Assembly: GCA_964452145.1 (NCBI GenBank)
Contig: CAYVLA010000041.1
Location: 1 to 27,001, forward strand
Source of the DNA: Candidatus Hadarchaeota archaeon
GTDB taxonomy: Archaea; CAYQAE01; CAYVLA01
Length of the DNA stretch: 27,001 nt
Reading direction: 5' to 3'
Positions within the stretch are counted from its first letter, which is position 1. The number at the start of each line of letters is the position of its first letter. Below, piece after piece: positions 1 through 7,435 of this stretch. The notes beneath the pieces are model-generated. The model had not been told where the DNA came from. It made no database searches and saw only the letters and a list, made by a program, of their open reading frames with translations. A program made the position numbers and the translations under genes.

Positions 1-60
1 ATGGTCAGAAGGAAGCTCTACAAAGCCGCGGCCACAACCCGCATCATACGTTCCGACTGA
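1..60 (+). CDS. 3' end (partial) of a GATase-like/stalk/TM surface-protein paralog
   Basis: Frame 1 reads MVRRKLYKAAATTRIIRSD*. This matches the tails MVKRRMYREVEVTRL (2574..3791) and MVKKRLYREVSTTRF (17087..18280). Not in the ORF track because it is truncated by the window edge. Confidence 0.8.
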   Translation: MVRRKLYKAAATTRIIRSD

Positions 61-62
61 CG

Positions 63-129
63 GAGCGCGCAGAGAGTGGTAGACCGCTTGGCGCTCATGG
101 GTGATTGACCGCCTCTCACTCAATCGCTC
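63..129 (+). terminator. Two tandem hairpins directly after the stop at 60 (possible 3' end structure)
   Basis: GAGCGC 63-68 pairs with GCGCTC 91-96 around an inner GAGTGG/CCGCTT stem. GGGTGATTGA 99-108 pairs with TCAATCGCTC 120-129 using G-U pairs. No U-tract, so the function is uncertain. Confidence 0.3.
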
Positions 130-446
130 TAGCCCCCAGTACGCTTCTGCCACAGTGGTTTCGGGCGGGCATAGTGGCCTGGCACAGATGGTGGACGTTC
201 TCGCCGGGGGTTTTCCACGGCCGGGGGGTGTTCAGGCGACGATTGTGCGGAACCCACGGGCGACGGCATCCCGGTGGTAGCCATCTTCAGCGTCGAAGAG
301 GCGAGCGTCGTCTGTCAGGCTCTCTGCGCCGAGCTTGCTTGAGCTTCTCAGGATAATGCCGTCGGTGAGCCCCCCTTCACTATGCAAGGACCGGGCCCGT
401 CACATCGCCGCCACATCGATGGGTCATACTGATTGGACGAGCTTCC

Positions 447-1472
447 TCAAGCCACATCCCTGCGCCCGTGCCAATTGGGCTTCGTCGTGCCTGATATCCG
501 GCTCAACGCACAACCCTTGATGACGATCGCGCAAACCAGGATCGCTCCGGTCCAGAGGGAGACCAGAATCAGCATGCGTCGCATGTTTCTCCGGCTTTGC
601 ACCTCCGCCGCCCTGAGGACTGCCTCTTCGCGTCTTCCCGCCTCCGCCTCCAACATCAGACGCCAGCTTGGCCCAAGATGCGTGTAGCGCGGCGAGCCCT
701 CCGTTGCCCATAGCACCGCATTCCGGATGAGCTGGACGAACTCCTCTTGCGCCGCGAGATTTCCATAGAACGAAGCCAGCCTCTGAACCTCGTTGACACG
801 GCAACCAGCAAAACCCACGGACCTGCCGGACCCGGGACGTTGGTACCCGATCACCAGCGGGGCTCGAGTTTGAGCTTCCTCGTAGAACACCATCGCCTCG
901 CCCTCCTCCGGGACGATGTTCAGCACCTCATCGCCGGGTCCCGCTGACAGGAGTAAGAGCTCGCCGATCAGCCGGAAAGATTGAGGCATGTCTTCGTTGA
1001 TGCGGGAATTGGCATCCCTCACGACATAGGCATTCATCGGGACGTTGTCAACCCTCTCAGATCCCATAGTCCGGTTGGCGAAGAAGGGAAATACCCTGGA
1101 CGCCATCTCGAGCTCATTTCTGACATCCACGCAGGCCGAGAATCCTATCACCGCCCCTCCCTGAATCATGAAGTCTTCCACCATGGCGCTAAGTCCTTTG
1201 ACGTCAGCAGCAACACTGGAAGCCAGTATGATTCCCTGGGTTCGGGGCAGGAAAAGGAGGAGTGAGAACGTATCTCGCTCTTGGATGGCGACGCAGCGGT
1301 AATCGGCCCTAGGATCTCCATTCAGTATCTCGCAAAGCGCCGAGCCCCACCCAGGCATGGATCCGGAATAGACCAGGATGATCGGCCCCTCCGAGGGGAT
1401 CGTCGGGCCTTCCGAGGGATTGCCTGGTACGAGCAAGAGAAGGATGAACAGAGGTACACCTGCCCTCTTCAT
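447..1472 (-). CDS. Membrane-anchored surface protein with class I GATase-like (ThuA-like) domain
   Basis: Signal peptide MKRAGVPLFILLLLVP. GATase-like motifs VEDFMIQGGAVIGF, GSGRSVGF and FVQLIRNAVLWA. A charged helical segment follows, then a C-terminal TM (MLILVSLWTGAILVCAIVI) and a basic tail. Start overlaps the upstream stop (ATGA). Confidence 0.75.
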   Translation of the reverse strand: MKRAGVPLFILLLLVPGNPSEGPTIPSEGPIILVYSGSMPGWGSALCEILNGDPRADYRCVAIQERDTFSLLLFLPRTQGIILASSVAADVKGLSAMVEDFMIQGGAVIGFSACVDVRNELEMASRVFPFFANRTMGSERVDNVPMNAYVVRDANSRINEDMPQSFRLIGELLLLSAGPGDEVLNIVPEEGEAMVFYEEAQTRAPLVIGYQRPGSGRSVGFAGCRVNEVQRLASFYGNLAAQEEFVQLIRNAVLWATEGSPRYTHLGPSWRLMLEAEAGRREEAVLRAAEVQSRRNMRRMLILVSLWTGAILVCAIVIKGCALSRISGTTKPNWHGRRDVA

Positions 1473-2299
1473 ATAAGATCCACCTCGATTCGATTCGCCA
1501 CGGCGACGATGAGTTCTCCATCGGCATAGGCTCTGATCACTTGATAGAACTCTCTGTCAAAGTTCTTGTTCCACGTCCTCTCCGGCATGAAATCGATGCG
1601 GGGAACGGTCGAGAACTGGATTAGCACCATCTCCCCCTGCTTGACATCCTTCAGGACCACCGCTCCTCCCTTCGGTGCATCCCTTATCCGGTACCCTCCG
1701 CGGCCTTCGGAGGAGTAGGAATCCTCCCTCTCCCCCCGTGCCACGACGAGATACTCCACGTTGCGCTCTCTCTCGTAGAAGAAGTCGGAGACCCCCCTAA
1801 GGAAGACCGGGTTACCGTCCGGGGCCACAAGCACCCCGAAGACCGAGTAGATCGAATCCGTCGAACCTGAACTCGAGAAGGGCTGTATGATTCGACCCAG
1901 GTCGTAGACGCGCAGCCTCCTTGCCTCCGAACCATCACCGACAGCGACCTCAAACTGGTCAACCGGGATGTCACCGGCCCCCAAATATTCACGCAGGATT
2001 CCCACCTCGTTATAGTCTGCGAAACCAGGTCTGGTGAGGTTTCCATCGATCTTCGGCGCGGGGGATGAGTGAAGAAGGCAGAATCTGATCTCCAGCTCCG
2101 AGATGTCCCGCCGGGCGAAGAAGGAGTGGGCGAAGGAAAAGCGCTTGCCCTCCTTCTCGATGCTGGTGATCTTCTGGGGGAACGTATTCTGGAGCATCAC
2201 CAGAGGCGAAGCCTCGCGCCTAGTCAGGGCCAAGGTGAACACGAGCGTCGTGCACACGATCATCACGACAAGGGCGATGCCTGCCGGCCTGGAGTCCAA
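1469..2299 (-). CDS. Hypothetical protein with N-terminal membrane anchor
   Basis: 276 aa ORF with TTG start after GAGGGAGGG. N-terminal TM IALVVMIVCTTLVFTLAL. 4-bp ATGA overlap with 447..1472. TATA-like box about 40 nt upstream. Confidence 0.8.
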   Translation of the reverse strand: MDSRPAGIALVVMIVCTTLVFTLALTRREASPLVMLQNTFPQKITSIEKEGKRFSFAHSFFARRDISELEIRFCLLHSSPAPKIDGNLTRPGFADYNEVGILREYLGAGDIPVDQFEVAVGDGSEARRLRVYDLGRIIQPFSSSGSTDSIYSVFGVLVAPDGNPVFLRGVSDFFYERERNVEYLVVARGEREDSYSSEGRGGYRIRDAPKGGAVVLKDVKQGEMVLIQFSTVPRIDFMPERTWNKNFDREFYQVIRAYADGELIVAVANRIEVDLI

Positions 2300-2337
2300 G
2301 GATACCCTCCCTCATCAACATACGTCCGCATTCCTGA

Positions 2338-2345
2338 CTTTTATA
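2338..2345 (-). promoter_or_regulatory. Archaeal TATA-like box for the 2299-447 operon
   Basis: Minus strand TATAAAAG in GC-rich context, about 40 nt upstream of the TTG at 2299. Confidence 0.55.
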
Positions 2346-2573
2346 CATCTTGTCCGGCCGAATCTTCCCAGGGCTTGTCTCGAGAAACCTCACAGGCCTC
2401 GCATCCCCGCACGTAAGGATTAAAGAACACGGAAGGCAATCCGGGGTAACGGAGATCGCGTTCCGGTGCAGACCGCGGGCACGTTGGGTCATCGAGTGCA
2501 CGGCGCAGATTCGACCCATTTCACGGCTCACGGGCTTCACCGTAAGACTTGCTGGACTAGAGAGTGCCCGGCC

Positions 2574-3791
2574 GTGACCGCGGTCCTGGTTCTGCTGGCC
2601 CTTCTGGTCCCGATTTCGAGCAGGGCAGTCTCGGGAAGAACGGATCCGAACAGGGGCGTCATCCGGACCCTCTTCATCGGAGATGCCCTCATGGCCCAGG
2701 GAATGCCCGGACCTCTTTTGGTCCAAGACCCCCTAATCGATATCACCCCCATACCCGCCGAGATTGCCCTGATAGGCGGGGACCCGGCCAGGAGGTTCTT
2801 CAGACTTTACGCTCCCCGAACCAAGAATGCCCTTTGGGAGAACCACGACGTCGTCATCGTCGCTGCGACCCAGGCAGACTATCCCGGCCTTGACTTTCTT
2901 GCATGGATCAGGGACGGGGTGATAGAGGATGGCATGGGCTTCCTCATGGCCGACGATCCTGCCTCTTTCGGCGGGGCGGAGCACGGTCTCAGCCCAAATC
3001 CGTCGTGGGGCCCCACGCCCGTCGGCGATATACTGTCGGTTGAGTGTGCGGAGGACAGAAAGGATTGGGGGTCGTACTGGTTTCAGATAAAGGTCCTTCG
3101 ACCCGAGAACCCCATGGTCAGGGGACTGAACTGGGAAGGCATTCCATTGCGTGCCCACAACAGGGTTTACGAAAGGCAGGGGAGCGAGGTCGTTATCGTT
3201 ACGACAAGCAACCCGGCTGGGTCCCCGGTGCTGGCTTGGATGGACTTTGGGCGGGGAAGGTCGATCTCCTTCGTAAACGATTGGGGAGGGAAGGGCATGA
3301 CGTCCTTCTACTACTGGTCCCAAGCTTCGACGGCGCTCGCCAATATGGTGTACTACGCCGCGCAGGTGCCAATACCGGAGGATCTCCGCCTTATCACGCG
3401 GATCAGGGAGAGGATGAACTATCTCTCATCGCTGAGGGCATTGGCCCTTTCCACAATGGACTTCGCGGATAGGTTCGGGGCGAACGTCAGGGAGGTGGAG
3501 AAATCCTTGACCTCGGCCAGCCAGACCAGCTCAAAGATACTTCCAACCTTCTCACAGGGTGACTTCGAAGGCAGCCTAGAGGTGCTGGAGGAAGCGATCG
3601 CCGAGATGAGGTCCGTTTCGGAAGCGGCGGACAAGGCAATGCGTCGCGCCCTGATATGGATCTACGTATCGGAGTGGTTTGTCGTAACCGGCACCTCCAT
3701 GGTGTGTGCCTTCCTCCTATGGACGCTGATGGTCAAGAGGCGGATGTACAGGGAGGTCGAGGTGACCAGGCTGGCGTCCACGGACGAGTAG
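2574..3791 (+). CDS. Surface protein: GATase-like (DUF1355-like) domain, helical stalk, C-terminal TM with conserved tail
   Basis: Hydrophobic signal (VLVLLALLVP). Motifs IRTLFIGDA, RLYAPRT, GMGFLMADDPASFGG, FGRGRSISFVND and DFADRFGAN. TM and tail ALIWIYVSEWFVVTGTSMVCAFLLWTLMVKRRMYREV. ORF is open from 2466; GTG 2574 is a tentative start. Confidence 0.85.
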   Translation: MTAVLVLLALLVPISSRAVSGRTDPNRGVIRTLFIGDALMAQGMPGPLLVQDPLIDITPIPAEIALIGGDPARRFFRLYAPRTKNALWENHDVVIVAATQADYPGLDFLAWIRDGVIEDGMGFLMADDPASFGGAEHGLSPNPSWGPTPVGDILSVECAEDRKDWGSYWFQIKVLRPENPMVRGLNWEGIPLRAHNRVYERQGSEVVIVTTSNPAGSPVLAWMDFGRGRSISFVNDWGGKGMTSFYYWSQASTALANMVYYAAQVPIPEDLRLITRIRERMNYLSSLRALALSTMDFADRFGANVREVEKSLTSASQTSSKILPTFSQGDFEGSLEVLEEAIAEMRSVSEAADKAMRRALIWIYVSEWFVVTGTSMVCAFLLWTLMVKRRMYREVEVTRLASTDE

Positions 3792-3981
3792 CCCCATCGG
3801 CAATGGACCGCGGACGGACCTTGGAAGATCGCCCTACCCCTCCTCCCCAATCCTAGTTCCTCTGCGATCACTGATTACGGGTCTTCGCTGCTCGGCCGCG
3901 TCTTTTGATCCTCTCGACAGGCGAATTGTGGTCACGTTCTTGTCCTTAACCCTGGGATCGCCTGGACATGGGTCAAGGCCT

Positions 3982-4284
3982 TCAGGATAGACGGATTCTG
4001 AGTCTGACGGTACCCCCATGAGTATACGGTTGTCCCGGGTCGGGGCAGTTCACACGCGCGTCATCGTCACCCCGCGCAAGCCCCAATTCCTTCGGCGAAA
4101 CCCCTCGGCTCAAAGATGAAAGAAATGGGAGGAGCGAAGCCACGGCATGCGAGCAAAGCGCATCGGTCTCCTTCACGTCAAGGTTGTAGCCCCCGCGAAA
4201 CACCATGCAGTCTCCCTTCTTGTAGACAGGGCATCTGCCCCGTATCTCCTCCACCTCGATGATCAGATCACGCGTTTTCTCCAA
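3982..4284 (-). CDS. TIGR04076 family protein (small Cys-containing protein)
   Basis: Typical pattern IEVEEIRGRCPVYKKGD...ALCSHA...LLP...CPDP...GTVRLRI. TTG start after GAGGCGGGA. Confidence 0.85.
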   Translation of the reverse strand: MEKTRDLIIEVEEIRGRCPVYKKGDCMVFRGGYNLDVKETDALCSHAVASLLPFLSSLSRGVSPKELGLARGDDDARVNCPDPGQPYTHGGTVRLRIRLS

Positions 4285-4687
4285 GGATTCCCGCCTCAGC
4301 TAGTACCCGACGGCTCTGAATGAAAACCATTATGGTCACCTCCGTTCCGCCTACCCACCGTCATGGGATATGCACCGAAACAACAGCTCTCGATACGCGA
4401 TGGAAATCAGCCAGCGCCGCCACGCGCCCGGGCAAGCATCAATGCGGGACCGGAGCCAACCCGCGGCAGCCGTTCCCCACCTTGATCTTTGGCTCAGTTG
4501 CCTACGTGGGGGTACCTGGTTCAAGGCTCGAGATCCGAGGCGGCAGCGTTGTTTCCCGAGGCACTGAGACACCTTCCCAAAGCATCCAATGCGTTTGCCT
4601 AGACAACAAACCCATAGCGTAGCATTTTTTGGGAACCCTCGCCGCAACAGCCAATGCACTCAATGTCCATCTCATGGGGGCAAGAGT

Positions 4688-4927
4688 CTGTCATCCGATG
4701 ACCTGCTACGATCTACCTTTCTTCTCGGATTGTTCTTCTTACTCCTGGGGATCGCCCTAATTGCCCTACCGATGATCGTCAGACTGATCCCGCAAGACCC
4801 GAAGGTGCCGAGGCTGCTGATCTATGTCTACCGGCGTGGCAACTTCTACTTCGTTACCTCGCCTGTCTTGATCATCATCTCCGTGGTCAGCTTGTTGATA
4901 TTCCTCTGGAGGAACATGAAAGCATAG
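4688..4927 (+). CDS. Small two-TM membrane protein (DUF2905-like)
   Basis: Two hydrophobic helices separated by IYVYRRGNFYFVTSP, resembling DUF2905. ORF is open from 4589, but the plausible start is near 4688 (CTG) and is uncertain. Confidence 0.65.
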   Translation: MSSDDLLRSTFLLGLFFLLLGIALIALPMIVRLIPQDPKVPRLLIYVYRRGNFYFVTSPVLIIISVVSLLIFLWRNMKA

Positions 4928-5017
4928 TGAGCAAGACACAAGAGCAGGGGCGATCCGTTCCTCCCCATAGGCATGTGCAGGTGCACGTCTTACGCTAGCT
5001 TTTTCAACACCATATCG

Positions 5018-6457
5018 ATGGGGCATATTCAGGGTGAGGGTACGATCTCGCGCCGAAAGTCCTTGTTCGGGATTCTCGTTGTATGCTTAGTGGGTGCCTG
5101 CAATGTTGGGTTCATTGCAGGATATGCCGGGAATCGGGGGGAGCCTATTCGAACCCCTCTCGTGGGCCCGGGTCTGGGGACGGTCAACCAGCACTCATCT
5201 CAGGAGACCGGGCCGTGCTCCGAATTTGAGATGACCCAGATCGACTCCAACTGTACCTACTATGCGACCTTCCAGAGTCATAACCAGAAGGTTGTGTGGA
5301 ACGAAAACGGGATCTTCATGACCTACCTGGTTGACTACACAGATGTCGCGCCTTGGCCCGGCACATGGAGGTTGATCAGGAGCACCGACGGCGGCACGAC
5401 CTTTCAGGTTGTCTACACCTCGCCAACCGTGGGCTCCAAGACCGCCTGCATAGAGACCGACGAGGATAACAACATCCTTGCCGTCTGCAGCGATGAGACG
5501 GATCCCCTGAATCCCTTTCTCTTTTACCGCTTCCTGGCCAGCAAGGACTATATGGACCCACAGATCACGAAGATCAACGGCGCCGCAAGCGGCAAGTATT
5601 CGATGATGTACGACTCCGGCAAGGTTTACCTCTTCAACCACTACGGCAAGTTCTTCATCATCAACGCCACGACCGGGAAGCTCATCAGCTGGAAACAGGT
5701 CGTGGAGTTCAGCGGCCGCAACGCGACAACCCAGTATCCTCACATCTACATTGACGAGACCGGCCTGTTGCACCATGCCTGGACCACCAACCACAAACAG
5801 AAATACCTGTACTGGGACATCCACTATGCAAACACCCCCGACGAGGGAACGGCCTGGTATAGGGCAGATGGCACAAGGCTGTATTGTCCGATCCTCCCCG
5901 ACCACAGCGGAAAGGCCGACCAGATCATCCTTCCAGACGAGTTCGAGGTGCACACCTGGCTTTCCAGCATGATCGCCAAGAACGGCAAAGTTCACTTCTC
6001 CTACCTTGCCCAGACCACCCCGCCGCGACAGCACTACGTGAGGATCGATCTGGCTTCGGGACAGATCGACAAAAGGATCTTTCCAGAGTGGAGGGGCGAC
6101 GCGATCTCGATCATGGGGCTGGACGGCTACTTCGCGACAGGGCCTGGCACGAGCCCTCTGTACTACATAGGCCGGGCCAACCAGACCCGCATCGCCGCTC
6201 TGGTCAGCCATGACAACGGGGACAGCTGGCACGATCTTGCGTTGAGTGAACCGATATCCAACGGCATATACTCCGTAGGCGGTTCCCGGCTCATAACCCA
6301 AGATGACTACATCATAGGCTCCTTCACGAGTCAGTACGGGACCCGCGGAGATCCATGCTTCTTCAAGATCAAGGTGGGAGAGGGTGGAGCGGTCTTGCTT
6401 TGTGCCATCATCCTGGCGTTGGGTGCTACATGCTTCTCACCGCATGCCATGGGGTGA
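5018..6457 (+). CDS. Secreted BNR/Asp-box beta-propeller (sialidase-fold / BNR_4-like) protein, membrane anchored
   Basis: Asp-box repeats RSTDGGTTF, NTPDEGTAW and VSHDNGDSW. Basic N-terminus plus hydrophobic helix. C-terminal hydrophobic helix after KVGEGG. ORF is open from 4973. Confidence 0.8.
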   Translation: MGHIQGEGTISRRKSLFGILVVCLVGACNVGFIAGYAGNRGEPIRTPLVGPGLGTVNQHSSQETGPCSEFEMTQIDSNCTYYATFQSHNQKVVWNENGIFMTYLVDYTDVAPWPGTWRLIRSTDGGTTFQVVYTSPTVGSKTACIETDEDNNILAVCSDETDPLNPFLFYRFLASKDYMDPQITKINGAASGKYSMMYDSGKVYLFNHYGKFFIINATTGKLISWKQVVEFSGRNATTQYPHIYIDETGLLHHAWTTNHKQKYLYWDIHYANTPDEGTAWYRADGTRLYCPILPDHSGKADQIILPDEFEVHTWLSSMIAKNGKVHFSYLAQTTPPRQHYVRIDLASGQIDKRIFPEWRGDAISIMGLDGYFATGPGTSPLYYIGRANQTRIAALVSHDNGDSWHDLALSEPISNGIYSVGGSRLITQDDYIIGSFTSQYGTRGDPCFFKIKVGEGGAVLLCAIILALGATCFSPHAMG

Positions 6458-6870
6458 AGCTTCGCCCCTTTTCGGTGCGGGCCCAGCCGAGTTGTGCCTC
6501 TTGACCCATCGAAACTGGCGCCCCGCCGCAGGCAACATTGATTCCTGTCAACAATGTCGAACCGAGATGGTACTCACGGCGCCAGGTCGCAGAGGTCCGG
6601 CCGCTTGACGTCCAGATGTGGTACATGTTGTCGCTGGATAGGATCGGCACAACCGGGGGAGAGTGCGGCCTGCAGGGAGCCAAGTCTGGTGAGGCTTTGA
6701 GCTTTCTTCCGCTGGCTTCGGTTAACGCTTCTCCAGCCTGGTTCTCATCGGCAAGAAGCCCTGTGAATGCTCGATTGAGACCGAATGCGGGGAGGGGACC
6801 CTGGGCTCAGACTGTCTGGCCGCGGAAGTCCATGCCGGTTTCTCGTGGCGAACCTAGCGGCACTAGATAG

Positions 6871-6884
6871 GATACATATATATC
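6871..6884 (+). promoter_or_regulatory. TATA-like box inside a near-palindrome upstream of padR (possible autoregulatory site)
   Basis: GATACATATATATC, 20 nt upstream of GTG 6905. It is AT-rich and nearly self-complementary. Confidence 0.5.
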
Positions 6885-6904
6885 TCGCCGACCCAGCGGG
6901 GAGT

Positions 6905-7402
6905 GTGGTCAGTCGCGGCCAACATTCCTCCCAGATGAAGAAGGGGTTCATGCGTCTCTTCATTCTGGAGAACCTGTTCGTCGAACCCCTTCATGGATAC
7001 GGCATCATGAAGAGGATCTGGGAGAAGAGCGGCGGCTTCTGGACTCCCATGGCCGGTTTCATCTACCCGCTTCTCAACGAGATGACGAGCGAGGGCTTGA
7101 TCAGGCAGGTGGGAAAGGAGAACCGACGAAAACTGTACGCAATCACCAACAAGGGAGAAGCCGAGCTTCTCCGGCTTCAAAGCGAAGCGGAGGATGCGAT
7201 CATCCACCTCACGAAGGCACTCAGCAGCGACGAGCACAAGCCAATCCAAATCCACCTTCGCTTGCTGGAGCGACTGCCACCGGAGGAACGGGACGAGCGG
7301 ATCGGATCAAAGATCCGAGCACTTGACGCGCTGATCAGGGCTCTCTCCAAGATCAAGAGGGAGTTGGAGGAGTACAGTTCCGGATTGAGCAGAAACAGGT
7401 GA
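6905..7402 (+). CDS. PadR family transcriptional regulator
   Basis: PLHGYGIMKRI, GFIYPLLNEMTSEGLI and RRKLYAITNKGEAEL are canonical PadR wHTH motifs. Start is GTG 6905 or ATG 6935. Confidence 0.92.
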   Translation: MVSRGQHSSQMKKGFMRLFILENLFVEPLHGYGIMKRIWEKSGGFWTPMAGFIYPLLNEMTSEGLIRQVGKENRRKLYAITNKGEAELLRLQSEAEDAIIHLTKALSSDEHKPIQIHLRLLERLPPEERDERIGSKIRALDALIRALSKIKRELEEYSSGLSRNR

Positions 7403-7435
7403 GCATCCCCCTTTCTTCACGACTCCGAACCAAAG

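Noticed and set aside
5195..6301. 368-aa antisense ORF, and similar ones at 20632..21507, 14302..14904, 2733..3323 and 17375..17932
   Set aside because: Shadow ORFs opposite well-supported genes. They are expected from GC-rich codon bias and show no motifs.
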